Of a stretch of DNA of 56,021 nucleotides, positions 26,528-36,559 are shown one piece after another (position 1 is the stretch's first letter; each line of letters begins with the position of its first letter). The DNA is from an uncultured virus (IMG/VR IMGVR_UViG_3300050821_004776). Its lineage: Duplodnaviria; Heunggongvirae; Uroviricota; Caudoviricetes. The notes under the pieces were generated by a model that was given only the letters and a program-made list of their open reading frames with translations, searched no databases and was not told the DNA's origin. A program made the position numbers and the translations under genes. The stretch is taken from the IMG/VR virus record IMGVR_UViG_3300050821_004776, one strand, 5' to 3'.

Positions 26528-27288
26528 GCCCAGTACTGACCACCCGCCGCGCAGGCAAGTTCGGGCGGCTGCCCGGCCACATCCCGAACGATATCCGTGA
26601 CTTCACCTGGTACGTCGCCGGCGCGCTGCCGGCCGCCCCGGTCAAGGTCGCCCCGCCTGTCCCGCCGTCGAACGCCGATGGCACCGCCTGGGGCATGGAC
26701 GGCAACGACGAGTACGGAGACTGCGGCGTCGCCGCCATGGACCACGGCGACATGACCGTGGACCTGGGCGTCCGCGCGAAGCTCCTCGGGCTGACGCCCG
26801 TCCAGATCGTGAACTACTACCTGACGTACACGGGCGGCGAGGATAACGGAGTCGTGCTCGCTGACTTCCTTTCCTACGTCAAGCGCCAGGGGTGGTTCGG
26901 CCGCAAGCTCGCCGGCTACGCGCCGGTCTCCGTGACCGACTACAAGACCCTCCAGTTCGCGATCAACGCCTATGGCTACTCCTACACCGGCATCGCGGTC
27001 ACCGACCTGATGCAGGAGGCGTTCCAGAACGGCGACCCGTGGACTGCGGCCACCTTCGCGGACGGCAATGTCGAAGGCGGCCACTGCGTTCCGCTCGTCG
27101 GGTACGACAGCCACTACCTGTACTGCGTGACCTGGGGGGCGATCCAGCCGATCGAGTACTCGGCCTGGCACCTCATGGCATCCGAAGCCTGGGCTGTCAT
27201 CTGGGGCGAGATCCCCGCCGGCGGGCTTGACGGCCACGGCGTCAACCTCAAGGCCCTCGAAGCTGACATCAACAAGCTCAACAGGTAA
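26524..27288 (+). CDS. Papain-fold cysteine peptidase
   Basis: GNDEYGDCGVAA (Cys), GGHCVPLVGYD (His), VTWG. Confidence 0.75.
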   Translation: MSPVLTTRRAGKFGRLPGHIPNDIRDFTWYVAGALPAAPVKVAPPVPPSNADGTAWGMDGNDEYGDCGVAAMDHGDMTVDLGVRAKLLGLTPVQIVNYYLTYTGGEDNGVVLADFLSYVKRQGWFGRKLAGYAPVSVTDYKTLQFAINAYGYSYTGIAVTDLMQEAFQNGDPWTAATFADGNVEGGHCVPLVGYDSHYLYCVTWGAIQPIEYSAWHLMASEAWAVIWGEIPAGGLDGHGVNLKALEADINKLNR

Positions 27289-27302
27289 CGGCGGCCCGGG
27301 AG

Positions 27303-27761
27303 ATGGCTGTGAAATCGCGTAACAGCCTCTTCCGGCCTGCCATCTTCGGCCTCGGCGACGGGTGCATGTCCATCGTCGGGGTCGTCCTGTACCTCCTGGG
27401 CGATCAGCGGATCATCTTCGCGGCGGTCCTGTCCGGGGCTCTGTCTGCCGCGCTGAGCATGTCCGGGAACGAGTACCTGTCGGACTCCGACAACGGCCTC
27501 GGCGCGTCCGTCGTGATGGGCCTGGCGACCGCCGCCGGCGGCCTGCTGCCCGCGTTCCCGTTCCTGTTCTGGCGCGGTCCCGCCGCCCTGACCGCCATGG
27601 GCCTGATCTGCCTGGTGATCGGCCTCATTGTCGGCATCATGCGGTCCCGGGGCCGCGCTAAGCATTCGTTCTGGGCAGAGATCGGCGGCACCCTGGCGAT
27701 CTTCGCCCTCATTTTCGTGGCCGTGCTGGTCGTAGCGCTCGTGCTTCCCGCGCCGGCGTAG
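27303..27761 (+). CDS. VIT1/CCC1-family membrane protein (minimal)
   Basis: RPAIFGLGDG...SGALSAALSMSGNEYLS...GGLLPAFPF; about 5 TM. Confidence 0.75.
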   Translation: MAVKSRNSLFRPAIFGLGDGCMSIVGVVLYLLGDQRIIFAAVLSGALSAALSMSGNEYLSDSDNGLGASVVMGLATAAGGLLPAFPFLFWRGPAALTAMGLICLVIGLIVGIMRSRGRAKHSFWAEIGGTLAIFALIFVAVLVVALVLPAPA

Positions 27762-27770
27762 ACTGCGGGC

Positions 27771-28016
27771 ATGACCGATGACGACCCCCTGGTGAAGATC
27801 TCCGGCGGCCTGCTGGTATCTAAGGAACTCCTGCGCGACTGCCAGGTCAATCTTACTGAGTACCTGCGCAACCCGTACCTCCGGCCTCCGTGCCGGCCGC
27901 TGACACGCCGCCAGAAGCTCCGGAACCAGATCGCGGCTGTGCGCCTCGCCGCCGCTGAGCGCCTCTACCGGCTCGTCTCCGGCCAGGATGCGGCGGACGT
28001 GCACTGGGGCGAATAG
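27771..28016 (+). CDS. Hypothetical protein
   Basis: TAGACT-N6-ATG. Confidence 0.75.
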   Translation: MTDDDPLVKISGGLLVSKELLRDCQVNLTEYLRNPYLRPPCRPLTRRQKLRNQIAAVRLAAAERLYRLVSGQDAADVHWGE

Positions 28017-28038
28017 GGGATCAGGTAGGCTGCTGCCC

Positions 28039-28146
28039 GTGAGGATCTACCTTGACCGGCGTGACTGGTGGGTCGGCTACTACCGTGGCCCGGACTACCA
28101 CTACGTTTGCCTCATTCCTACCCTGGTCATCAGGTGGCCGCGATGA
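28039..28146 (+). CDS. Small protein (35 aa)
   Basis: MRIYLDRRDWWVGYYRG...; TAGGCT-N7-GTG; ATGA overlap with the next GT. Confidence 0.6.
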   Translation: MRIYLDRRDWWVGYYRGPDYHYVCLIPTLVIRWPR

Positions 28147-29207
28147 AAATCTACGGCTCGCATGATGGCGGCTCAGGCTGTGCGTATTACCGCATGCTGC
28201 TGCCCTTGCGGACGGTGGACAAGCACTCCCCTGACGTCAGCGTGAAGTTCTTCTGCGGCGGCCCCAAGTCGATGAGGGAAACTCATCCGCCGCTGATGCC
28301 AGAGGACGCGGCTGAGGCCGATGTGCTCGTCATCCAGCGGGCCACCGCGTTCAGCGGGCTCGGTGTCTGGCGGCGCTGGGGAACTCCGGACAAGCGCACC
28401 GTCTATGAGAACGACGACGACATCTGGAACATCACGCACGAGAACAAGCAGGCGTACGAGGTCTACAAGCAGGGCACTGAGGTCCGCGAGGCCGTCCTGC
28501 GGTACACGGCCACCAGCAACATGGTCACCACGTCCTCGCCTCACCTCGGGGACTGGCACCGTGAACTCACGCCGCACGTGCCCGTCGTGGTCCTGCCGAA
28601 TTACATCCCTGAGTACGTGCTCGGCATGCCGCATGATGACCGCAAGGGCCGGCTCCGGATCGGCTGGTCAGGCGGCGCGTCGCACGCCCGGGACATCCAC
28701 GCGGCCACGGGCGCGGTCCGGCGCTTCTGCCGCCGCTTCCCGGCCTGGGACCTGTACATCGGCGGCGTGGATTACCGCAGCTCGTTCAAGGTGCCGGAGG
28801 ACCGCTCGTTCCACGTCCCCTGGATACACATCTCCGACGACGAGGATGTCTTCTACCGGGCCATCGACTACGACATCGGCATCTGCCCGCTGCTGGACAC
28901 CAAGTTCAGCCGGTCCAAGACCCCCATCAAGGCCCTGGAGTACATGGCCCGGGGAATCCCCGTGGTAGCCAGCGACGTCGAGCCCTACCGGCGGTTCATC
29001 ACCCACGGCAGCGACGGCTTCCTGGTCAGGCACGAGCACGAGTGGCTCCGCTACCTGTCTGAGCTTGCAGGGAGCACGGACCTGAGGCATAAGATGGGCG
29101 CGGCGGCTAAGGAGACCGCCCGGCAGAACACGATCGAGGGGCACTGGCAGGAATGGGCAAGTGCGTACAAGATGCTCTTTCCCGCCGGATGGGAGTTCAA
29201 GGGATGA
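28143..29207 (+). CDS. GT-B (GT4-like) glycosyltransferase
   Basis: GCAYYRM, YENDDD, RIGWSGG, DIGICPL...SKTPIKALEYMARGIPVVASD. Confidence 0.9.
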   Translation: MKIYGSHDGGSGCAYYRMLLPLRTVDKHSPDVSVKFFCGGPKSMRETHPPLMPEDAAEADVLVIQRATAFSGLGVWRRWGTPDKRTVYENDDDIWNITHENKQAYEVYKQGTEVREAVLRYTATSNMVTTSSPHLGDWHRELTPHVPVVVLPNYIPEYVLGMPHDDRKGRLRIGWSGGASHARDIHAATGAVRRFCRRFPAWDLYIGGVDYRSSFKVPEDRSFHVPWIHISDDEDVFYRAIDYDIGICPLLDTKFSRSKTPIKALEYMARGIPVVASDVEPYRRFITHGSDGFLVRHEHEWLRYLSELAGSTDLRHKMGAAAKETARQNTIEGHWQEWASAYKMLFPAGWEFKG

Positions 29208-29539
29208 CAGACGAGAATCCGGTAGACCGGGTGACCGGGAAACCGCGCCTGATGGGCGGGCAGTGCGCTACCTGCATCGGCCGTCCCGGCAACCCTATGG
29301 ACTTGCGTTCCGGTCGCGTACGGCAGATGACGCGTGACGCGTGCCAGGGCGATACCCAGGGCATTATCTGCCATGAGACGCTGAGTTACGGAGGGCACCC
29401 CGAGCACGGCGGTCCCGCCTTCTGCCGGTGGTTCTACGACACATTCGGGTACCAGAACAACTACTTCCGCATTGTCGAGCGGCTTGGCGGATTCACCGAA
29501 GTGAGGACAGATGACAAATCCGTTTTACACGGCGGGTAA
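29204..29539 (+). CDS. Hypothetical Cys/His protein
   Basis: ATGA overlap; CATC, CHET, FCR. Confidence 0.7.
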   Translation: MTDENPVDRVTGKPRLMGGQCATCIGRPGNPMDLRSGRVRQMTRDACQGDTQGIICHETLSYGGHPEHGGPAFCRWFYDTFGYQNNYFRIVERLGGFTEVRTDDKSVLHGG

Positions 29540-30425
29540 TACCGGTAACGACGGGCTGCCCGGCACTGAGTTCCTGACGGAATACACCCGGCGGCAGATC
29601 CGGCTCCACCCCGAGAAATTCGGGTACGCGGGCAGCTTCGCCCGGGAGATGCTCAGCGTCGCTACCGCAGATGACCTGATGTACGGGTACGACCAGATGG
29701 TCGTCCGGCTCATGACGACGATCCTGTCCGGGCGCACGATCAGCGAGGAGCCCGAAGTCGCCCTGAAGCTCCCGGCTACCTGGTGGCAGCACCTCAAGCA
29801 CGCCCTGTTCACCAGCGCCCTGTTCGCCAATGCGGCGTCGTTCCGGCTCCGGAGCCAGCCTAAGCTTGCGGTCATCTGGCTCTGGCCGGTGCTCACCGCC
29901 TGTGTCCTGCTGAGCCGCTGGTACAGGAAGCATCCGGTCCGCTGGACGGAAGTCACGGCCAGAGTCCATTTCAGCCAGCACGTGCTCTACCCCGAGATCG
30001 ACGCTCCCGCGCAGTGCGGCCGGCCGGTCATCTACGAGGAGATCAGCGCGAGTTTCCCCGGCGCTCCGTTCGGCAGCAGCCTGGCGGGCGACCCGTCCCG
30101 GTTCCTGAACCGGCATGAGATCGCGAACCAGGTCTACCGGGACTGGGATCAGCCGCACGGTTCGTGGCCTGACGGCGGGACGCTCACCCCGGAAACGACG
30201 CTGCGCTGGCTTGAGGAGCACGGCGTCAATGTCGATCAGCTCGTGAAGAGGCGCGGCCTGTTATGGAGCCGGCGATCAGCGTGTTCCTGCCCAGCTACAA
30301 CAAGGGCGAATGGGTGCTCGACGCCATGCGCTCGGTGTTCGGTCAGTCCCGGGCAGACTGGGAGCTGTGGCTCCTGGAGAACTCCAGCGACGGCCGGACT
30401 AACCTCATCGTTGAAGATGAGCTGA
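29511..30425 (+). CDS. Hypothetical protein (one TM segment)
   Basis: GAGGA RBS; 3' end overlaps next gene by 163 bp. Confidence 0.65.
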   Translation: MTNPFYTAGNTGNDGLPGTEFLTEYTRRQIRLHPEKFGYAGSFAREMLSVATADDLMYGYDQMVVRLMTTILSGRTISEEPEVALKLPATWWQHLKHALFTSALFANAASFRLRSQPKLAVIWLWPVLTACVLLSRWYRKHPVRWTEVTARVHFSQHVLYPEIDAPAQCGRPVIYEEISASFPGAPFGSSLAGDPSRFLNRHEIANQVYRDWDQPHGSWPDGGTLTPETTLRWLEEHGVNVDQLVKRRGLLWSRRSACSCPATTRANGCSTPCARCSVSPGQTGSCGSWRTPATAGLTSSLKMS

Positions 30426-31036
30426 CCAGGCACTTCGGCTTGCAGGAGCTGGACGGGGACGAATGGCTGGCCGCCCTGAAAGAGAACGGCGTGCATTACG
30501 AGCGCCTGGAGGGCGCGGAAATCGAACGCAAGCGCCGCGAGACGTACATGACCTCCTGGCTCCTGAACGTGTACTACCCCGAGGCCAGCGGGAAGTACGT
30601 CTTCTACATCTCCGACGACGACATCATCGACCCGGACTGTTTCGAGGTCATGGCCGGAGAGCTGGACGCCAATCCCGAGTACCGGATCGTTTATGCGGGC
30701 CTGCGGCATTACACGCCGTCCGCGCCGGGTGATTGCGGCCCCGCTCCTGACAAGGGCATCCCGGCGCTCGATCCGAAGATGTTCCCCGGCAGCGTGGATA
30801 ACCGCGTGGACGGCGGCCAGGTCATGCACTGGAAAGCCTGCCTGGACCACCTGGTCTACCCGTATTTTGAGGAGGGCGGTTCAGGCACGGTGTCCCGGCA
30901 CGTGGACGGCATCTTCCTGGAGCGCCTGGTCGGGCGGTTCCCGTTCTGGCCCATCAACCGTTACCTCGTCACACACCGCTGGACTGAGCTGTCTGTCTGG
31001 TCATCGAAACCTCCTGACACCGAGATGTGGAGGTAG
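30263..31036 (+). CDS. GT2-family (GT-A) glycosyltransferase
   Basis: ISVFLPSYN...SVFGQS...GKYVFYISDDD. Confidence 0.9.
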   Translation: MEPAISVFLPSYNKGEWVLDAMRSVFGQSRADWELWLLENSSDGRTNLIVEDELTRHFGLQELDGDEWLAALKENGVHYERLEGAEIERKRRETYMTSWLLNVYYPEASGKYVFYISDDDIIDPDCFEVMAGELDANPEYRIVYAGLRHYTPSAPGDCGPAPDKGIPALDPKMFPGSVDNRVDGGQVMHWKACLDHLVYPYFEEGGSGTVSRHVDGIFLERLVGRFPFWPINRYLVTHRWTELSVWSSKPPDTEMWR

Positions 31037-31038
31037 CC

Positions 31039-31494
31039 GTGGAACTCCGCAAGATCACCGAGCATGATGCGCCCTATCTTGTGAACTGGCGTAACAGCAA
31101 CGCGGAGTTCTTTCCGCCGGGGCCTCCGCTCACCCTGGAATCGCACCGGTCGTGGTATCAGGGCTACCTGCGCGACCCTCAGGACCACATGTACATGGTC
31201 TGCGCACCCGGGCTGGTAGGCACCGTGGCCATCCACCTGGGGGACCGCGAGATCGGCAGGGTGATGCGCGGGCCGGTGCACGGCGAGAAGGGGGCCATGA
31301 GCAAGGCGCTGCTGGAACTGATGCGGATCTACGGCTTCGGGTCGTACATCCTGCGCGTGCTGGAAGGCAACGAGCACGCTATAGAGTTCTACCGGCGGCT
31401 CGGATTCAGCACTGAGGGGCGTATCGTCCACTACAGCGTCCCGTGCCTGATCATGCACAAGTCGATGAAAAGGAGTCCTCATGAGCGTCACTGA
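31039..31494 (+). CDS. GNAT N-acetyltransferase (PseH-like)
   Basis: LVNWRN...LESHRSWY...LRVLEGNEHAIEFYRRLGF. Confidence 0.85.
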   Translation: MELRKITEHDAPYLVNWRNSNAEFFPPGPPLTLESHRSWYQGYLRDPQDHMYMVCAPGLVGTVAIHLGDREIGRVMRGPVHGEKGAMSKALLELMRIYGFGSYILRVLEGNEHAIEFYRRLGFSTEGRIVHYSVPCLIMHKSMKRSPHERH

Positions 31495-31553
31495 CAACGT
31501 GGAGATCGGCGGAACGGTCACCTACTCCATTCGCGTTACGAAGTACCTCTGAC

Positions 31554-32099
31554 ATGCACCTTCCGTGGCGGGACCTCACTTTGCCCCTCGGCCCGGGTGC
31601 CGGTCCGGGGATTTCCACGTCACTACTGCGGGAAGAGGCCGGTGAACTCGCCCGCCTGGCCGCAGGTGCCCGTGTGCTTGAGGTAGGCGCGGCTTACGGC
31701 TTCTCCACCATCGCCATGGCCCAGACCGCCCGGCATATCGTCTCTGTCGATCTTCCCGCAGGATGGGTATGCAGTCAGAGCGCCCTGGTTTCCGGACTCA
31801 GTGCGTATCGCGTGCTTGACGCAGTCACAGTGCTGGGAGGCTCATCATTCCAGGTACTCCCGTCACTGGCGGAGAGCGGCGAGAAGTTCGGGCTGGTCTT
31901 TATCGACGGTGATCACGCGTATGACTCCGTCACGCAAGATGCCCGGAATGCCTGGGCGCTCCTGGACGAAGACGGTGTCCTGGCCTGTCACGATTACCTG
32001 GAGACGTGCTGCTGCACAGATGTCAAGCCGGCGCTCGATACCCTGTTCCCCGAAGGCCCGGCTTATACCCTCGGCTCAATGGCGGTGTACAAGAAGTGA
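31554..32099 (+). CDS. SAM-dependent methyltransferase (Methyltransf_24-like)
   Basis: VLEVGAAYGFST...FIDGDHAYDSV...HDY. Confidence 0.9.
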   Translation: MHLPWRDLTLPLGPGAGPGISTSLLREEAGELARLAAGARVLEVGAAYGFSTIAMAQTARHIVSVDLPAGWVCSQSALVSGLSAYRVLDAVTVLGGSSFQVLPSLAESGEKFGLVFIDGDHAYDSVTQDARNAWALLDEDGVLACHDYLETCCCTDVKPALDTLFPEGPAYTLGSMAVYKK

Positions 32100-32932
32100 A
32101 AGTCCTGGTAACCGGCAGCAGTGGCTTCATCGGCTCCGCAGTCTGCAATTCCCTGTCCGCTCGCGGGCATAAGATCGTTCCTTATGATCTGCCGCGCTGT
32201 GACGTCAGGGACGGAGACGCCCTTAGCGCCGAAATGCGCATCGCCCAGCCGGACGCGATCATCAACCTCGCCGGGATGCTCGGAACCCCTGAGCTGTTCG
32301 GGCACGAGGCTAAAGCCGCTGCGGTCAACGTCATCGGGGCCGTCAATGTCTACGATGCAGCAGCCCTGGCAGGTATTCCCGTAGTGCAGATCGGCACCGG
32401 ACACAAAGGCCAGCCGAATCCCTACGCCGTCACCAAGGGCTGCGCGGAAGACCTCGGCCTGTGCCGGGCACAGTTCTGCGGCGAGAAGATCGCCATCGTC
32501 CGCGCCTACCACGTCTACGGGCCTCGCCAGCCGGTCGGGCCGCCGTTCGGCACCGCCAGCGTGCACAAGTTTTTCCCGACGTTCGCTACCCGCGCTATCA
32601 GCGGCCTGTACCTGGAGCTGTGCGGCGGCGGCACGCAGATCATCGATCCGGTGTACGTGGACGATGTCGCTGATGTGCTAGTGAATGCTATCGACGGTCC
32701 GTACGGCACAGTGATCGAGGCGGGGACCGGGGAAGCTGTCAGTGTCGCCCAGGTAGCTGCCGATATCCGGGATGCGGCCGGAGCGGAAGTCCTGATTACC
32801 TCGGCAGCCAGCCGTGACGGGGAACCCGCCGGAGCTATCGTCCGGGCATCGCATCCGCAGTGTGTTAATCTCTGGCCTTATAAGGTCCCCGAAACAGTGG
32901 AGTGGTACAGGCAATGGCTGAGCAACCGGTGA
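32096..32932 (+). CDS. NAD-dependent epimerase/dehydratase
   Basis: VLVTGSSGFIGS, NPYAVTK, VYGPRQ. Confidence 0.9.
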   Translation: MKVLVTGSSGFIGSAVCNSLSARGHKIVPYDLPRCDVRDGDALSAEMRIAQPDAIINLAGMLGTPELFGHEAKAAAVNVIGAVNVYDAAALAGIPVVQIGTGHKGQPNPYAVTKGCAEDLGLCRAQFCGEKIAIVRAYHVYGPRQPVGPPFGTASVHKFFPTFATRAISGLYLELCGGGTQIIDPVYVDDVADVLVNAIDGPYGTVIEAGTGEAVSVAQVAADIRDAAGAEVLITSAASRDGEPAGAIVRASHPQCVNLWPYKVPETVEWYRQWLSNR

Positions 32933-33579
32933 ATCCCCTCGTTACCGTTGTCACCCCGACCTGGGATCGTGACTCGTTCCTGCTGCGCGCCATCATGTCG
33001 GTAGCGCTCCAGAGTTACCGGCCCATTCAGCACGTAGTGGTCTCTGACGGCCCCAATCCGGCACTGGAACGGCTCCTGCGGCCGATCGTGCGCGAGCACG
33101 CGTATACGGACTACGAGCTGACCGTAGTCTCCCTGCCCGAACACGATCCGAATGCCCGCTGGGGACATCATGCCCGGCTGCACGGCGCGGCCATTGCCAA
33201 GGGTGAATTTATCGCCTACCTGGATGACGACGATGAGCTGTATCCCGATCATGTCCAGCGGCTGGCGGACGTCCTTATCGCTAATCCCGGCATCGAGTTT
33301 TCCTATTCCCAGATCCTGATCCATGAAGTGCACGGAGACTGGGTTTCCGGAGCACAGCCGCCGCAGTTCGGGCAGATCTCCACGTCATCCATCATGCATC
33401 GCAAGAACCTGCTCAAGGTTGCCTCCTGGCGCGACGAAGGCCAGGACACCATTGACTGGGACATCGCTGCCCGCTGGCTTCAGGCTGGTGCCGGCTGGGG
33501 CTTCTATCCGGCGGTCACCTCCCAAGCCCACCGCGATGCCCCCAATGTCCAGAGTGACAGGCCCCGGAACCTCGCGTGA
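32929..33579 (+). CDS. GT2-family glycosyltransferase
   Basis: VTVVTPTW...VVVSDG...KGEFIAYLDDDD. Confidence 0.9.
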   Translation: MNPLVTVVTPTWDRDSFLLRAIMSVALQSYRPIQHVVVSDGPNPALERLLRPIVREHAYTDYELTVVSLPEHDPNARWGHHARLHGAAIAKGEFIAYLDDDDELYPDHVQRLADVLIANPGIEFSYSQILIHEVHGDWVSGAQPPQFGQISTSSIMHRKNLLKVASWRDEGQDTIDWDIAARWLQAGAGWGFYPAVTSQAHRDAPNVQSDRPRNLA

Positions 33580-34697
33580 TCCCCCTGTTCAAGCCGTCCT
33601 GCGGCGACGAAGAGATCGAGGCCGTCAGCCGGGTCCTGCGCTCCGGCTGGTGGGGCATGGGTCCGGAGACCGAGCTGTTCGAGCAGGAGTTCGCCGGGTA
33701 CACAGGCTCCCGGCACGCCGTCGCCGTCAGCAGCGGCACCGCCGCCCTCGAACTCGCCGCGCGGGCCATCGGCCTCACTGACGGGGTCGTCGCCGTCCCG
33801 GCGCTCACGTTCGTGTCCACCGCCCAGGCGATGCGGCACGCAGGCAACCAGGTGATCTTCGCCGACATCGAAGAGGACACCCTCTGCATCGACTGGGACG
33901 ATGCCGTCCGCAAGCTCTGCAAGCCGGAATACCTGAGGCGCAGCGCCGGCATCGTCCCCGTCCACTACGCCGGCCGCCTGGCCCGGATGCCTGACAGCAT
34001 CGGGTACTGCCGGGACAGCCGCCTGATCGTGATCGAGGACTGCGCGCACGCGGCGGGTACCGCCAGGGCCGGGACCTCCGGCGATGCCGGGGCCTGGAGC
34101 TTCCACGCCGTCAAGAACCTGGCCACGGGCGACGGCGGCATGGTGACCACTGACGACGAGGACGTGGCCCGCGAACTCCGCCGGCTGCGCTGGTGCGGCA
34201 TCGACCGCTCGACGTGGGACCGCGACAAGGACTCCAAAGTCGGCTACGGCTGGGATTACTGCATAAACAGTGACGGCGAGAAGGCGCACATGAACGACAT
34301 CACCGCCGCTCTCGGCCGCGTCCAGCTCCGTCATCTCGATACCCGCAACCAGGTCCGGTGCTCCATCGCCAGTATGTACAACGAGGCGTTCGCGGGCCTG
34401 GACTGGCTGAAGACGCCGCGCGTAGGTGTGTTCCAGTCCATGCACCTGTACGCGGCCCGCGTTCCCGCCGCCGATCGCCAGCGGTTCATCCAGCACATGA
34501 TCAGCCAGGGAGTCTCGGCGGGAGTTCACTACAAGCCGCTGAACCACTACCCGTTGCTGTTCCCCGGTGCCCACGGCAGCGATACCCCGGTCACCGAGCG
34601 CGTGTGGCAGACCCTGGTGACGCTGCCGCTGTTCCCGGACATGACCCATCCCCAGGTCGAGCAGGTCATCGCGGCGGTAAGGAGCTTTCCCGCATGA
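33576..34697 (+). CDS. DegT/DnrJ/EryC1/StrS sugar aminotransferase
   Basis: SSGTAAL, PVHYAG, IEDCAHA, SFHAVKNLATGDGG. Confidence 0.95.
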   Translation: MIPLFKPSCGDEEIEAVSRVLRSGWWGMGPETELFEQEFAGYTGSRHAVAVSSGTAALELAARAIGLTDGVVAVPALTFVSTAQAMRHAGNQVIFADIEEDTLCIDWDDAVRKLCKPEYLRRSAGIVPVHYAGRLARMPDSIGYCRDSRLIVIEDCAHAAGTARAGTSGDAGAWSFHAVKNLATGDGGMVTTDDEDVARELRRLRWCGIDRSTWDRDKDSKVGYGWDYCINSDGEKAHMNDITAALGRVQLRHLDTRNQVRCSIASMYNEAFAGLDWLKTPRVGVFQSMHLYAARVPAADRQRFIQHMISQGVSAGVHYKPLNHYPLLFPGAHGSDTPVTERVWQTLVTLPLFPDMTHPQVEQVIAAVRSFPA

Positions 34698-35767
34698 GGC
34701 GAATCCTGATCACCGGCATAGGCGGCTTCGCGGGCCATCACTTCTACGAGCACGTGCTGCTGAATACCCCCTGGGAGATCTCGGGTACCGACTCCTTCCG
34801 GCACAAGGGCACCACCGACCGCGTGGATCAGGTGCTCAACCCTGAGGGCCGCTGGCTCTATCCCCAGGACTGGCGGCAGCGCACGCAGATCATCACCCAC
34901 GACCTGTGCGCGCCGTTCTCCGCCCGGCAGGTCCGCGCGCTCCAGGACCGGTATATCGACTACATGGTGTGCTTCGCCTCTGAGAGCCACGTGGACCGCT
35001 CGATAACCGACCCGGTGAGCTTCTGCCGGAACAATTTCGAGGTCGCGCTCAACACCCTGGAACTGGCCAGGAAGCTGCGGCCTAAGGCCCTCATCTGGAT
35101 CTCCACGGACGAGGTGTACGGGCCTGTGGCAGCCGATGACGTGACGGGCCACCCGGAGTGGGCACCGATCCTGCCCAGCAACCCCTACGCCTCGTCCAAG
35201 GCTGCCCAGGAGGCTCTCGCGATCTCCTACTGGCGCACGTACGGCGTGCCGGTCGTCCTCGTGAACTGCATGAACATGTTCGGCGAGCGCCAGGACACCG
35301 AGAAGTTCATTCCCATGGTCATCGGGAAGGTGCTCAAGGGCGAAGAGGTCACCGTCCACGGCACGCCGGCGGACATCGGGACGCGGCATTACCTGCACGC
35401 CAGGAACCTGGCCGACGCCATCCTTTTCCTCCTGAACAAGCCTGTACACACCTTTCCGGCGCATGCCGGCGCGACCAACAACCTGACCGCCGGCCGCCCG
35501 GACCGCTACAACATCGTCGGGCCTGACCGCGTGGACAACCTGACGCTCGCGAAGATGATCGCGGAATACGCGGGGGAATCGCTGCGTTACAGGCTGGAGG
35601 ACTTCCACGCCACCCGCCCCGGCCACGACCCGCATTACGGCCTTGACCCCGCCAAGCTCACGGGGCTGGGCTGGACGCCGCCCGTGCCGTTCGGGGAGTC
35701 GCTGCGCAAGACGGTGGAGTGGACTAAGCTGCACCCAGAATGGCTTACCGCCGATGAAGCGAGGTAA
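34694..35767 (+). CDS. rmlB: dTDP-glucose 4,6-dehydratase-like
   Basis: ITGIGGFAG, ASESHVDRSI, ISTDEVYG, PSNPYASSKAA, RPGHD. Confidence 0.9.
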   Translation: MRRILITGIGGFAGHHFYEHVLLNTPWEISGTDSFRHKGTTDRVDQVLNPEGRWLYPQDWRQRTQIITHDLCAPFSARQVRALQDRYIDYMVCFASESHVDRSITDPVSFCRNNFEVALNTLELARKLRPKALIWISTDEVYGPVAADDVTGHPEWAPILPSNPYASSKAAQEALAISYWRTYGVPVVLVNCMNMFGERQDTEKFIPMVIGKVLKGEEVTVHGTPADIGTRHYLHARNLADAILFLLNKPVHTFPAHAGATNNLTAGRPDRYNIVGPDRVDNLTLAKMIAEYAGESLRYRLEDFHATRPGHDPHYGLDPAKLTGLGWTPPVPFGESLRKTVEWTKLHPEWLTADEAR

Positions 35768-35769
35768 CA

Positions 35770-35970
35770 GTGACGACACCGGAACCGCTAGATGACGAGT
35801 TCGAGCCCGAGCCGGAGATTCGCGGCGGCGACCGCCCGTCCGATTACGTCAAGGGCATCGACTGGCTAAAGAACCTCCCCGGCACCCTTCGCGAGGCGGA
35901 CGGGGAATTCACCGGGGTCTTCGAGCCGGACGGCTGCCCGGGACATGACGAGCCCGGGGACGATCAGTGA
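35770..35970 (+). CDS. Acidic hypothetical protein
   Basis: GAGGT RBS. Confidence 0.65.
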   Translation: MTTPEPLDDEFEPEPEIRGGDRPSDYVKGIDWLKNLPGTLREADGEFTGVFEPDGCPGHDEPGDDQ

Positions 35971-36209
35971 TCACCCTTGAGGCCAGGGTCTCCGGGCCGC
36001 TCGGCACCGTCTCCTACCGGGTGAAGAACTCGGCTAACGGCGAGACACGGGAGATCAAGGACCGCGAGGCCAGCCTGCTGGGGCTCCTGCTGTCGGGCTA
36101 CCCGCTCAAAGCGCAGGTGCATCCGCTGGACCTGTTCACCGACGAGTCCCTGGACCTGGGCCGCAAGGCATTCCAGGCCGCTTACAGCGGTGAAGCGAGC
36201 GCGCAGTGA
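35967..36209 (+). CDS. Hypothetical protein
   Basis: GTGA overlap. Confidence 0.7.
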   Translation: MITLEARVSGPLGTVSYRVKNSANGETREIKDREASLLGLLLSGYPLKAQVHPLDLFTDESLDLGRKAFQAAYSGEASAQ

Positions 36210-36559
36210 GGTGGCCCGGGTACCGGCGCATCCGCTTCGTTCCCCAGCGCGCGGAGATAAGCGAGGCTGAGGCTGCCGAATTCGGGGAGCGCCTGCGCCA
36301 GTCACTCAGCCAGGGAACGCCCGCTCCCGCTTCCCTGCCCCGGCATACCTATGGCGCGGGCGGCACGATCCACCAGACCGGCACCATCGATATCCAGGTA
36401 GGAAAGGACGGCGAGATCAAGGCCGTCTGGTTCCGGTGCCGGACTCTCCCGTTCACGGTCTCCGTGATGCCGGATACCCAGGAGGCGCTTAATCCCGCCG
36501 GGGAAATCGTCATTGAGGGGATCACCTACGTCGTGCTGAATGAAGGAAATCCGCAATGA
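36206..36559 (+). CDS. Hypothetical protein
   Basis: GTGA overlap. Confidence 0.7.
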   Translation: MRWPGYRRIRFVPQRAEISEAEAAEFGERLRQSLSQGTPAPASLPRHTYGAGGTIHQTGTIDIQVGKDGEIKAVWFRCRTLPFTVSVMPDTQEALNPAGEIVIEGITYVVLNEGNPQ

